Both the position numbers and the translations under genes were made by a program. This document shows, piece by piece, positions 37,599-51,989 of a DNA stretch of 64,000 nt; position 1 is the stretch's first letter; every line of letters begins with the position of its first letter. The stretch is from Cycas panzhihuaensis. Lineage: Eukaryota > Plantae > Cycadophyta. Location: the NCBI GenBank assembly GCA_023213395.1, contig CM041465.1, positions 177,513,741 through 177,577,740 of the forward strand. The letters run 5' to 3'. The notes beneath the pieces are model-generated. The model saw nothing but the letters and a program-made list of their open reading frames with translations, had not been told where the DNA came from and did not search any database.

Positions 37599-40500
37599 TA
37601 ACAAAAATTAGAATTAATCTAATTTCATGAAATAGGATCTTTACTCTCTTGCATCAAATAAATAAGCTCATTAAAGAATATCATGTACACAAGTAAATAA
37701 ACACAATATATTGAAATAATAAGGAATTAAATTAGTTGATGCCTAATACAAAATTTGATAGAGTTTTGACTCTTATCATAGATCATTACAAATGGGTGAG
37801 AATATGGCCATAATATATAGAGAGCTTGATGTCACACACGCTTACATTTGATTGGTCCTCATGTTGGTCATATCTCATTGATCTATTATGAGGTAAAGGT
37901 AGGTGATGACCCTCAACTAGGATTACAACATAATGTTATGACTTAATATATAATTATATAAAGTACAAGAAGAAGATATCATTATATTTTAACATCCTCC
38001 CTTAATGACAACTTCATTGATTTTGGCATTGAGGTTATATTGAAACCTTTCAAACTTTGGTTTACTAAGTGCTTTAGTGAAAATGTTTGTAACATAATCT
38101 TCAGTTAGTCTATACATTGGATCAATCCCATCATCTTGCACATGTTCACCAATGAAATAATGATGGACCTTGATGTTTTTTATACATGCATGAAAAATAG
38201 GATTCTTGGTCATCTTTAATACACTCTGATTATCATAGTATACAAGAGTTACTTAAGTCTATTGAAGACCAAGTTCAATAAGAATCCTACATAACCAAAT
38301 AACCTTAGTAGTTATATGAATAATTACCTTATATTCTGCTTCAATAGAGAAAAGAGCAACATTGGGTTACTTCTTATAACTTCAAGAAACAATAGCCAAG
38401 TTTAGGTCAAAATAGTATCTTGAAGTAAAATTACGAGAGTCTTAGCAACCAACCTAATTTGCATTAGTAAATCCTTTTAAAATAAGAGCTTCAACTTGGT
38501 TATAGTCTAGTCCAAGCTATAAAGTACTATGAATGTACTTGAGAATTTTGATGGAAGCTTTCTAATGTGACATCTTAGGCTGAGATGTATACCTAGAGCA
38601 AATCCTAACTATATATGAAACATCAAAATGAGTGTGAGTAAGATAAATTAAATTTCCCACAAGTTGTCTATAAAGAGTGGGATCAATAGGTTTGTCTTTT
38701 TCATCCATAGTCAACTTGGTTCGATCTCCATAGGTATGGGCGAAGGTTTGTAGTCACTTATTCTAAAATACTACAAGAGCTCATTTGCATTTTTGGCTTG
38801 TGATAGGAAAATATGTCCTAGTTCTTATCATACTTTGATGCTAAGAAAGTAATGAAATAGTCCAAGGTTAATCATCTCTAAACTACTTTTAAGTTCCTAT
38901 TGGAGACTAGAGATTCCTTCATCATCATTTTTAATGATCGATAAATCATGAACATAGTGAACAATGATGGTAATCAGATTATTATGGATCTAAATATACA
39001 ATTTGGGATGAGAAGATAAATGGTTTAATCTATGGTTGAGAAAGAAGGCATCAATCTTTGTATACCAGGCATGAGATACCTACTTGAATCCATATAGATC
39101 TTTCTTGAGCTTGCAAACTAAATGTTCTTTTCTAAGAACAATATAGTCGAGAGGTTGTCTCAAAAAGACTTCTTTAAAAAGGCCTCCATTAAGGAAAGCA
39201 CTTTTGACATATATGTGATAAACAAGCCATTTGAACTTAGCACACAACTAAAGGGAAAGTTGTCATGTTAGTTATAGGGGTGAAGGTCTAATCATAGTTT
39301 ATACCTTCTTATTGTTTGAAGCCTTTCGTAATATCAACATGATATTTAGTCTTATAAAGCTAATGATAATCAATTAGCTTCTTTTTAGAAGGTAATTTAA
39401 TGAGTCCTAAGTGTCATTTTTTAGGATAGAATACAATTTCCTCATACATAGTGGCCTACCACATTTGGTCTTTGATTACCTCCTCAAAGGTGGAAGGCTC
39501 AGGAGCATCAATAACTTTTTCTATTAAGGCAAAGTTTGTTGTATGCCTTAACTTAGATTACCTCTTTGGTGTTATAGATGGTGATGGTGAATTTTTCATA
39601 ACTTATAAATACCATTTAGGAAGCTTCTTGATGCTTTAAGCTTCAACATGAAGGTCATTTAAAGATAATGGTGGTAATACATAGGTTGTTGTAGAAGTAG
39701 TTAGTGATGTAGGAGGAGCAGATGAAGGACTTATAGTATATAAAGTTAAAGCAGCAAAAGGATCCACAATTAGCATAAGAGGAGCTTATGGAACATCAAT
39801 ATCATCATTTGTGAGAAATTATATTTGAGATCAATCCAAGTCTTTGATTGTTCTTAGCAAATATAACATCCTGAAATGAGTATGCATGTCTTCCAACAAG
39901 GTTATACACCTTGTAAGTTTTACACCCGAGTATCTAGCCCATGAAGATATATTTCAAGCTTTCATCACCAAGTTTCTTTCTGTTTTCTTTTGATACAAAC
40001 TTATAGGTAGTACATATGAATGTTCTAAGGTATGAGATTGTAGGCATTTGTCTAGACCAAGCCTCCTCAGGTGTCATGTTCTTAATGGCTGAAGTTGAGC
40101 TCCTATTTATCAAATAAGTAACCGTATGAATAACTTCAACCTAGAATGAATAAGTAAGGTTTATAGCTTTGACTATTGATTTAACCTTGTTCACAAATAT
40201 TTGGTTCATAAGTTTAGCAATACCATTTTATTGAAAAGTTTTAAGAGCTAAGAACTAGTGTTTGATGTCATATTCTCTACAAAGGTTGGTGAACTAGTTT
40301 AAAGTATATTCACCTCCATTATCTGATCTCAAGATCTTAATTATTATGTCAAATTTATTTTCCACTTCAGCTTTGAAGTCTTGAAATTTATCAGAGGCTT
40401 CAAACTTATTCTTCAAAAAGTCAACCCAAATTTTTTTAGAGTAATCATCAATGAAAGTGATAAAGTACAAACTACTATTGCATGAAGATGTTGACATAGG

Positions 40501-43500
40501 TCCATAAATATCTAAGTGAACCAAGCCCAATAGTTCAATTGCATGCCAAGATTTCTTGGATAGAAAAGGTTCCATGTGTTGTTTGCCAACAATGCAAGCT
40601 TTATAGAAACATTTATTCTATTTGATCTTTGGCAACCCATGTACCATTTAAAGTCTAAGAATAAGGCTAAGACTCTGTATATTTAAATCGTCAAGGAGTT
40701 GATGGCATAACTAGTCCTTGGTACACTTTTGGGTAGGTTACCCTTAATTATAGGAACATTCACCTATATTTCAATAGGAGGGTTTTCTATAATAATGTAC
40801 TTGCCTTTATGGAGTTGATTAGACTACAGAGTGGTACATAAATTTTGATTCTATGCAGTCGGAAGTGGAATACCATCAATTTTATAAAGTCCATTATCTT
40901 CATGTCCTATTGTTGCCACATGACTAGTGAATTGGTCTGAAATTGTGCATATACCATGGCTAAAAGGTATGTCAAAGTTCTACTTATCAATCTGACTCAT
41001 AGGAAGGAGGTTTTGTTTCATAATAGGAACATAAAAGACATTACTTATATGATGATAGATATCAAAAATTTTCAGGGCTATGGGAGATTTCCTAATCTTG
41101 GCCATGTCATATGTAATGTTATCACCAAACATAATTGTCTGTGCTCAAGTAGATATTATGTCCTTTAAGAGTTCTTCAATGCTCGTCATATGATGTATGG
41201 CACCAAAATCTATCAACCAAGAGTAATTAGAATGATGAGAAGAGTGTAGCAAAGAACAAATTTTGGGAGTCAGCCTAGGAATTAGCCACATGGCCTCCTT
41301 GTTGGAAATTCCTATCATTACCCTAATTTTGATTCCTTGGTTGATTTCTTTGTTGTTGTCTATTTCTTAGACCACAACCTCTATTATGTTGTAGATTTTA
41401 TCTTCCTTGTCTAATTGGATTTTGTACATGTTGTAGATCAAATTATCTTTTTCTATAATCTAAGATCATAGGCCTAGGTTTGCTACAATATAGGTTAGTA
41501 ACATTTTGTCTTCATTATTGGTTTCTTATATGTTATGGTTGTTGTGGTGGTTGGTTCAAATTTATAGAACCAAACTGTTGGGTAAGAGGCTATTGTTGAG
41601 ATTGATTTCTTCCATAATTCCTAATTATGAATATGGGAGTATTGTTAGAAGAGGACTCTACTCCTTGGTAGTTCAGGATACCTTCTTCTTTTAATAGTAG
41701 TCCTTCCAAATTATTGAAGTCTATAGTGGAAAAATCATTAAATAAATTAGAGACAAAATCATTATATGTGGAGGGAAGAATATTTATGACATTATCAACA
41801 AGATCATGGTTAGAAGGAGGAGCTCCAAGAGTATTGAATTGGTTCCTAATGGACTTTACTTATGCCATATGTGAGGTGGTAGAACTAGCAAGGGGTATGG
41901 CATATAAACATGCTTTTAGTGTGATGGCTATTGAGTCATCATTTTTCTTATAAAGGAAAGATATAGTGTTGTATTCTTCATGAGAGATGTCAGTCATTTC
42001 AATGTTTTAGTCCACATTATCCTCCACAGCTAGGTGAAGGAAGAATAGAGCTACATTGTCCTTAGCTCTAAAGGTAGCAAGGGCAACAAGGTCTAAAGGA
42101 ATTTTAATATTGGAGTTATTTGGGTCTTGTGTACGAATGGATTTAGGTATATCTCTAGATATATATAACTAAAAATCATTCATAATTAAGAGGTGTTTCA
42201 CTTATTTTTTTAAGCCAAAAAGTCATCACTCCCTAATAGTTTAATTGTGTTTGAAACCAACATTTGAGTTGCCATTTTGTACTATCTATTTGATGGGATA
42301 CTTAGCTAAAAGTTTAAAGTTTCAACGTCTCCAAAAAGCCCTTAGTTATTATTCTGTCTAATGGAACTTGCCCATAGATTGCAGTTCAAGGAATTCATAT
42401 ACATTGGTATGTGAACAAGTTAAGCTTTATATGCCTTGATATGTGAGCATAGAAGGTCAACTACCCCCTTGATACTATTTATCTACATATGCCAAATTTA
42501 TGATAAGTGACAAATATAGCAAAGGACTATAACCAAGGCACTCACCTCCTCTAGGTATAGCCTAGTCTCTAAACTCTAAGGAAGGGTTTAACACCTTAAT
42601 TCATAACTCAATACACCTTATATCAAGTTGCCCTTAGCCTACTTATCTAGGTGAATATAACTCATACATGAAATAGTAATAACTTAAAGGGTCCTAACCG
42701 TTCCCCTTGTAGGATTGGTAATTTAGCAATTTAATTCAAAAATTGTCTTGTTTAATATTTTGAATTTAACTTCTTTTCAAAATATAGTGTTATTTAACGA
42801 TTAAAAAATATTAATTTTTAATGATTAAAAGTAAGAGACATTAATAAACAAAGGAAGTAAAGCAAACTAAAAGTAAGGATTTAGAGTGGTCAAGTAAGAA
42901 GGAACCACTACTAACAGGTGAAAAGTAATCTTCCTCATACAAGAAAAGCACCTACAACCATAAAGCACCACACACATTAGCTTAGAAATCAAGTGAAAAA
43001 TGTTCTTCAAGTGATGAAGAAATACTAGTAGCTAAAAAAATCCCCATTTAAAATGTATTAAAGCTCTCAATTAATGAAGAATACTTTAAAAAACATAAAA
43101 TAAAGGTAAAAAAAAAAGGGTTTAAATGTCATAAAACTATGCCCAAAATGTGCCAACAAGCAGTCTAAGTTGTTGGGCTCTAAGTTACGATTCCAATGAT
43201 TTAGATGGTTCAAAAAATGGATACCCAGTTAAAAAGCTATTACAAAAATAGTGTAAGGAGCTCCTTAAGATCAAAAAATTGAATAGGGTTGGCTTTTAGC
43301 GCATTAGTAGTGTAGCCCCTAGTTACCTATTAACTACGTATGACCTTCTGCTAATGGGAAGAGGGCTCTGTGAAATCCAAAATAGATTTTAATTTAGTTA
43401 AATTTAGTGAAAACTTTGTAAAAAATATATATGTCAAAGATCAAAAAATATTCTTTGTCTGCACAGAAATAGCGATGAATAGTCAATCAAAACTCAATGA

Positions 43501-44572
43501 TATTGATCTAAAAATGAATGAAGTCACTCCAAAAATTACTTCATAAATCAATTGAAGTCCACACATAGTATGAGTAAGTATATAATATGTGGGCATTGAC
43601 AGAGGTGAGGAAGACACAACATGCAAATACAGGAGTCTTTATGCCTTCGAGCAAATGACCATACAGGTGTGAGGGTTGCAGAACTTTGATGGAGGTGACC
43701 CAATAGTAATATTAGACAACTTGCAACAATAGAAGTGATGGCTACATGGTATCTTACATCGTCAAGCGATTGCAATCAAGGTGACATAACCTGACCTTCA
43801 GTAGAGACACACACATACAAATGGAGGTGAATATGTAGGGTCGATGTTACATAGGCATATTTTGTGACTACACACTCCATGCAGGTGATAAGGCAGGGAC
43901 AAGTTGAAACACCCTTATAGACGACCTATCACATTACTCTTCTTCCTTTTTCATGTAGGTGCACCTACATCTCAATATAACCTATAGATTTAATCAGTAG
44001 ATGGATGGCTTCAAACTGACAGGTAGATGGACCAAAAATGGGCCTCAAATAAATTTGAACGAGCTTTGAACAGAGTGTAAATGGGGTCCTATTTTTCACA
44101 ACAAAACTAAACCAAACCTTCTTCAACATGATTACCTATAACAAAATGAGTGAACACAAGAGAACCACTTTGATAGCAAATTGACAAAAATTAGAATTAA
44201 TCTAATTTCATAAAATAGGATCTTTACTCTCTTCTATCAAACAAATAATCTCATCAAATAATATCATGAACATAATAAATACAATATATTGAAATAATAT
44301 GGGATTAAATTAAATGATGCCCAATATAGAATTTAACAAAGTTTTGACTCTTATCAAAGATCATTACCAATGGGTGAGGACATAGTCGTAATTTATAGAG
44401 AGCTCAATGTCTCACATGCTTGCATTTGATTGGGCCTCATTTCGATCATATCTCATTAGTTCATTACGAGGCAAAGGTGGGTGATGACCGTCAACTAAGA
44501 TTATAACATAAAGTTATGACTTAATGTACAATTACATAAAGTACAAGAAGAAGATGTCATTATATGTTAACA
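37599..44572 (-). mobile_element. full-length decayed Ty1/copia element; LTRs 37599-37994 and 44182-44572
   Basis: Two ~395-bp LTRs align. PBS (rc) actttgatagca at 44167-44178 and PPT (rc) tcctccctt at 37995-38003. Eroded TSD tttac/tctat. The 5' leader is ~1.9 kb. Confidence 0.92.
37995..42275 (-). pseudogene. copia gag-pol remnant
   Basis: ATG at 42275 (MATQMLVSNTIKLLGSDDF). PR WLIDFGAIHHM. IN ORF 40294..40575 (LVHLDIYGPM..ILRSDNGGEY). RH ORF 37989..38213 (KNPIFHACIKNIKVHHYF). Confidence 0.9.
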
Positions 44573-46336
44573 TCTATTATATGGCACAAACCACAAAAAA
44601 ATTATATCAGAATTTATGATAACTATGAAGAAGGAAACCATCTCATTCAATCTTGGATTATGACCAATAATGTTTATCATAGAATTAAAGCAATACAAAC
44701 CTTTGATTTGAGAAGAGATTATACTTGTATACCCATTTATAATGTTAAAAATCCCCTCAGCAATACCTAAAAAATAGTTTAAAGTGGTAGAAGTGGTATA
44801 AATTTGATGTCATATTATAAGATCATTGCTCAAATACCATTTGAAAAGAACATAACTAAACAAACTCAATTACTATGAACATTAGAGAGGTTTGTTATAA
44901 AAGACCTATTACAAAGATTTGAGCAAAATCTAATGGTTAAAAAAATATGAATTTCCAATAGACTTATTATAAATATTTAAAATGAATAAAATCACTCTCA
45001 CAAAGTCATCACTCCCTAAAAAATAATTTTGGCCAATAAAGCTATAAAAATTGAAATAACAAAAAGTATCCAAGTGATAATGTTAATAAAAAAAATCTTA
45101 GTAATATAAATAATTATTAGAATTGAGGAACTAAAAAATTAGTTTGTTGCACATAACCATTCAATAAACATGTACAATTATTAAACAAATACTTGCACAT
45201 ATACTTCTAACCAAATTAATGAATGTATATCCGCACAGTAATAGTACAACCTCTAGCACACCTAATGAATGCCTATAAATGACATTCATAATTAACCTAA
45301 CATCACTATGCTTGATTTCAAAGATCCTTTAAACTATCTATGTTTGTCTCTTTAATAAAGGCTATAATACCCTTCTCATAATGATGTGGTTGCAATAAAT
45401 TACAATTACTTTTATTATGATGTTATTTGTTGAAAATCAAAGTGAAAATAACAAAAACGTTAGAGCAAAACAAAAATAAATTACATAATGATATGCAAAA
45501 ATAAAATAAACTTGCATTAGATCATAATTTATACAACGAGCTCTCATAAATCTACTCTCATTGCATAATGAATAAGAGTAAGATCACTTCTCATAAATAA
45601 TAAAAGTGTGAAAAAAAAGAATAAAGTAAGAATAAAAAAAATAATAGATACAACTCATGCATACTCTTATATGAGAGAAACTATCAGTTACAACATGTGC
45701 ATTCTCTCAAATATGAGAAAAAAAAAATAAAGATACAACTCACAAGAGAACCTACCCAATGTGACTCATCAGTCAACCTAGAGTAAATAATGAGTGTGAA
45801 TTAAAAATAATTTTTAACACCCACTTATAATGTATAATTCATCATCTCTCATGAATAAGAGATTTTTGAACCTCTTAAACTTCTTATAACATAATGTCTT
45901 GGTAAGAATGTGATGCACAAATATCCAGAAAATGTTAATTTCCTAGAAATGTTATAACTTTTTACCCTATGAATAAAAGTATGATCCATCATATATTAAA
46001 TTGATTATCTCAAAGAATTAATCATTTTTCAAAGAAGTCCATTACTTCATCAGCCATCATAAATCATGTTTAGACCCAAAATACATCACTTGGGTGCCCA
46101 AAATTACAAGTTAAACTTTTTCAAATTTTATAAAAATTTACATGTACCACTTTCCTTAATTAAGTGATTATTTTTTCTATTAATTATGTTTTCATGGTAT
46201 ATGTAACATGTTTATCTATCCATGGGTTAATTTTTAAGTAAATTAGTAAATTTTTTAAAATTTACTAAAAATAATAATAGTTAGGATTTTAACAAAAATA
46301 AGAAGTTTTTTATTTAAGAATATTTTTGTTCCAAAT

Positions 46337-49300
46337 TGATAGAAATCAGAGGGAAAACATAACCTGATTTGTACAGGGAAGAGAAAGAGTTGTCTTTTCA
46401 TTGAGATTTAGTCTCTTTAAATATACATCAACAATGTGACCGTTACATATTGAAATATAACCGATCAATCTAAGACTGCCAAGTGTCACAATCTTATATT
46501 GGAGTTACATTTGAGGGTGGTCCCAACATGACCCCCTTTTTCACTTAGATAAAACATTACATATCAACACCCTCTCTTAATGTTTTATCTCTAATAGTCT
46601 CATTTTGTTTCTTAAATAGTTAAGCCTTTCTTTTCCAAGAGGCTTTGTCAGGAGATCTGCAACTTATTCTACCGAGGGATGACTCCAAGTCAATTTCTTT
46701 ATTATATACCTTTTATCTTATGAAATGATGATGAACTTCAATATGCTTGGTTCTTGCATGCAGGATTGGATTTTTTGTTAGCTTGATAGCACTTTGATTA
46801 TCGCACTTCAAAGAAGTTACCTTTTTTTGTTGTTGATCCAGGTCGAGCATGAGTTGTCTTAACCAAATAGCTTCACAAGTTGCTGACGCAGCTGCTTTGT
46901 ATTCTGCTTTTATAGAAGAGAGAGCAACTGTAGCATGTTTCTTACTACACCAGGAGATTGTTGATGACCCTAAGAAGAAATAATATCCACTGGTGGATTT
47001 TCTTTATTCTTTACCTCCAACAGTATCAGAGTCACAATATCCTGACACTTCGATCGAGCATCCCTTTAAGTATACTAACTTAAGATATGTTGTTCCTTTA
47101 AGATATCTCAAAATTCTTTTTGCAGCCTGCCAATGTCTGAAGTTTGGATTTTGCATGTACCTAGATATTAGTCCTACTGAATAGGATATGTCAGGCCTGG
47201 TGGTTGTTAAATAAATTAGACTTCCAATCATTTATCTATATAAAGTGATATCAGCATCTTTTTCCATATTATCTGCCATTAAGTCACAGTTTGTTTCCAT
47301 GGGCGTTGTACACGGATTGTAGTTCTCCATCTGAAATTGAACAAGCAAATTTTTGATGTAGTTGCTCTGGGACAAGGTTATGTAATTTTGATATTGACCA
47401 ATTTCCAATCCCAAGTAATAATTTAACGAACCCAAGTATGTCATTTCAAATTCCTGTTGAAGTTGATCTTTGATGTCTTTGATTCCTCCTTCATCATTTC
47501 CAGTAAGAAGCATATCATCAACATAGACAATAATTATTATTACCTTGTCATTCTTTTTCCTTATGTAGAGACTGGAGTCAGAGTTGCATCGATTGAACTT
47601 ATTTTCTTCAAGGAAATGATCTAATTTGGCATACCAAGCCCGCAAGGCTTGTTTTAGACCATATAGAGCTTTTTTTAATCTGCAGACCAGATTTTCTTAT
47701 CCTTTTTCAATGTACCCTTCAGGTTGTTGCATGTAGACTTCTTCTTCTAGTTCGCCATTTAAGAAGGCACTTTTTACGTCTAATTGAGAGATTTTCCAAT
47801 TTTATGCTGTAGCCAAAGCTATTACTATTCTCACAGTATTCATTTTTGCTACTGGAGAGAAAGTTTCATCAAAATCTACACCTGTTATTTGTGTATATCC
47901 TTTTGCGACTAATCTTGCTTTATACTTTTCTACCTTATCATCTATTCCCTTTTTGGTTCTGTAAACCCATTTGTAGCTTACAACAGATTTGTTGGTAGGT
48001 AGTTCTACTAATTCCCATGTCTGATTCTTTCTGATTGAATTCATTTCATTGTCCATTGCGACTTTCCATTCTTGACGATCTTTTGCTTCTTGAAAGCTTT
48101 GAGGTTTGACTTTGCTTAGTAGAGCTTTTGACCTTTGCCCTATTGTTTTCTGTTCTATTACATTACTTTTCCCTTCCTTAATTGTTTTAATATACCACTT
48201 TGGCAACTTTTTCTGTCTTCGTGAGTCTTCCTTCCTACTGGAGTCTTCTGTTACTTAATCTGGATTAGTTTCACTTGTTGATGATGGACCAGCTGCCCCT
48301 TCTTGTGAAGTGATCTCGGATTCATTCTCTTGCTCAGCTTCTAGTGCTCCTTCTTCTGAAGTGATTTCTAATTTATTTTCCTATTCAACTTCTTGTGTCT
48401 CTTCTTCTGATTCATTTTCAGTATTTCTGGCAGCTTCCTGTTCAATTCCCTTTTCACACCCTTCTATTATTTTGATTTGTGAAGATTCAATAGAATCTTC
48501 TTCATTAAAAACAACATCTCTACTTACATAGATTTTTTTAGTTTTAGGATCTATGCATTTATAGGCTTTTGAATTTTTACTGTAGCCTATGAAAATGCAT
48601 TTTATGCTTTTTGCATCCAGTTTGGATCTTTTTTTATCAGGAATATGAACAAATGCTTGACTGCCAAAAGCTTTGAGAAGACTTACATCAGGTTTTTTTT
48701 CCTGTCCAAGCTTCTTCTGGAGTGATATCCTTCAAGGCTTTTATGGGACTTCTATTTATTAAGTAACAAGCTATGCTTACTGCCTCTGCCCAATATGATT
48801 TTGGTATATTTTTCCCATAGACCATGCTTCAATCCATTCCCATTAGAGTTTTATTCTTCCTTTCTGCTACTCCATTTGACTGAGGAGTATAAGGAGTTGT
48901 AATATGTCTACGAATTCCTCGATCCCTGCAATAATTTAGAAACTCCTTCAAAATATATTCTCCTCCTCCATCTGACCTGATACATTTAATTTTTGTCCCT
49001 GACTCTAGTTCTGCTTCTGCTTTAAATTCTTTGAATGTTTCAAAGACTTCTGACTTATTATGTAAGAAATATACCCAAACTTTCCAAGTGAAATCATCAA
49101 TGAAAGTTAAAAAATATCTGCATCTGTTAACTGTGAGAGGTGAAATTGGACCACAAATATCTGTATGTATCAATTCTAATTTTGACTGAGCTCTCCAGAC
49201 ACTTTCTTTAAAGGATGTCTATGTTGTTTGCCAAGTTGACACCCTTTACATATAAAGTTATCTAATGAAATACTAGGTAAACCATTCACCATTCCTGACT

Positions 49301-51646
49301 TTTCCATTTGTTTTAGTGAGTCAATTGAGAGATGTCCATACCTCAAATTCCAAGCTTTATTATTAGATTTAGAAATAGTACAAGCTTTTACTTCTAAGTG
49401 GGGAAGTACAGGGTCTGACAGAAGTTTATAAAGATCATTGCATCTTACTCCTTTTGCAATAATTTTTCTATCTCTCTTCATATCTAGAATATGGCAGTTC
49501 CCTTCTTCATCGAAAATGGTTCTCAACCCTTTTTTACTTAATTGAGAAACAGAGAGAAGGTTCATTTTCAGACCTGGAACAAACAAGATGTTCTCGATCT
49601 TTTTCGCATTCCCATTCAGATTTACAGAAATAGTTCCAATCCCTTTTATATCAAGAGAGTATTTATCACCCAATTCTACTGATTTGTCTACATTACAGGG
49701 TTTCAGAGTTTCAAACCATTCTTCTTGATTTGTCATATGTTTGGAAGCTCCTGAATCTATATACCATATGTCTTTGTCTTTCATACTAGTGGCCAAGGCA
49801 GTGATGAAGGCCATTTCTTCTTCCTCTTCTTCGTCTTTTTCTTTACTATAGCCTCCAATGGGTCGTTTTCCTTTCTGAATTTCACTCCGTCTTTGTGAAC
49901 ACTGATAAGGATAGTGCCTGCTCTATCCGCAATAGCAGCATATGTCAAAGATTCTACAATTGCTCGTGAAATGTCTAGTTCTTTCATAGTTGAAATAGAC
50001 TCTATTTTCTCTGACGCGTCCCTATCCTCTTGGATTTTACCAGTGTCCTCGTCCTCTAAAATCTAGTGTTCCACTTCATCCTCGAAATTGATGTCTTCCT
50101 CTTATGCCTAGATTTAGTCTAGACGCAAAGGCATCCTCCAGTTCTGATGTGTTTTCATACCTTTTATTTCTCTGTTCTTATCTTAATAACAAACCTGTCA
50201 ATTCATCAAGAGTTAACTTATCTAATCTATCACTATCTGTGATAGTGTTGACTATTGTATCAAATGATTTTGGTAATCTTGAAGTCACAATTTCCACTAG
50301 ATCTTACTCAGAAATTAGACCTCTGGCACTCAAGAGGTTATTTCGAATGGTAATAATCTTATGCATAAACTCCATTACATCTTCATTTTCTTTCATATGA
50401 AGCTTGTACAATTCTTCTTTGAGAGCAATTATTCTTGCTTTATTTTTTTGTCCATACAAATTTTCTAAACATTTCCAAATTTCAGATGCCAGATTCAATT
50501 TTTCAACATAAATCAAAATTGAATCAGAAATTGATATTTTCAAGGTAAGAATACCTATATTATTTCTTTCTTCCCAATTTTCTAGCTTAGCATCACCAAT
50601 AGTAGGATGTTTTTCAGTTCCTTTAGTAATGCCCCAGGCATTTTTGACCCTTAGAATGGTTTCCACTTTAATTTTCCAGACATGATAATTGGAACTAGTT
50701 AATTTCTCTGGTTCAGGCAAAGAAATGAGTGTGGAAGACATTATTTTCAGAGACTGAAAACTATTTTGGGGTCTGGACCATACTATTGTACAGAATTCTG
50801 TACAAAACCCTAAGTGTATGGATGAAGACGAAGTATACCTCAAACTGTAGGTTTTTCAGGCGCCTATTCAAATCTGAAGATGGATTTGCAAGAAGATTCC
50901 TCAGAAGAGAGAAACTGGCCCCGAAAGAGAAAACTATGACTAGGGCAGAAATTTAATTTTTTTAAAAATCACAGTGAAAATCTCAAAAATAATCTCTGAA
51001 ACTGGTTGGAAACTCTAAGTACAATTACTGAGAAAGGTTTAAGACTGAGAATGCCCAGTTTTATTAGAAGATCAAAAAGATTTCATAGCTAAAGTCTCTA
51101 AACCTGTGCATACTAGTTCAGCCTCTGTTTGGCCTAAAAAACATCTCCATATGAATTTACTGCAAAAGAGAAAAATGTTCTCCGTACTGTGATCTATCTC
51201 CCCACCAATTTTCACTTCAATCTGACACCTTTGAAAAACAAATACATTCGTACAAGTCTGCACTTGCCTGCATAGCCTGCATACACGTGGTATTAATGAT
51301 CTTCTAGCAGAGCTGAGACTCTATCCTCCTTATCTCCTTCTAGACCTTGACTGGATTATCTTCAGAAGAATTCATCTCCAATGAGCAATTGAGATTAACC
51401 TGCTCTGATACCATGATGGAAATCAGAGGAAAAATAGAACCTGATTTGTATAGGGAAGGGAAAGAGTTATCTTTTCATTGAGATTTAGTCTCTTTAAATA
51501 TACATCAACAATGTGACCGTTACATATTGAAATATAACTTATCAGTCTAAGACTGTCAAGTGTCACAATCTTATATTGGAGTTACATTTGAGGGTGGTCC
51601 CAACACGACCCCCTTTCTCACTTAGATAAAACATTACATGTCAACA
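46337..51646 (-). mobile_element. relatively young full-length Ty1/copia; 233-bp LTRs 46337-46569 and 51414-51646; TSD CAAAT
   Basis: caaat at 46332-46336 and 51647-51651. Perfect PBS (rc) gctctgatacca at 51402-51413 and PPT (rc) ccctctctt at 46570-46578. The LTRs differ at 14 of 233 sites by hand count. Confidence 0.97.
46590..50741 (-). pseudogene. copia gag-pol, broken by a few stops and frameshifts
   Basis: gag MSSTLISLPEPEKLTSSNYHVWK, PR WYIDSGASKHMT, IN IHTDICGPI..IRSDGGGEY..PQSNGVAERKN, RT KARLVAKGY and VYVDDMLLTG, RNase H. Confidence 0.95.
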
Positions 51647-51989
51647 CAAATTAATTTCTTAATTTTAAAGCATGGTAGTTAAGATTTTTGTATGACTAAA
51701 GGCCTTGAATTTATATACTTTTGATATTATAAAAACTCAATTTTTAGTTTTATTAATCCGAGAATGAAAAGATAAAAATTTTTAAGAAAAAAAATCTTAT
51801 GAAGTTTCTGTTTGTTATTTGCAATTAAAATTTTTTTGTTTCTTTGCATACATGTATTGTTAAATGAATCACTACCCCATCATTTGGTATTTGAGTATAG
51901 TATAGATTTAGAAGAGGAAGAAGAAGTTTATAGAAAATTATTAGTAAGCTTTATGCTTTCTTTTGAAATCTATTTGAGAATAATTGGAG

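Noticed and set aside
45798-45841. PPT-junction stem for the 45428 copia and for the two gypsy elements
   Set aside because: Only 6-7 bp of AT-rich complementarity, which is not distinguishable from chance, so these were not counted.
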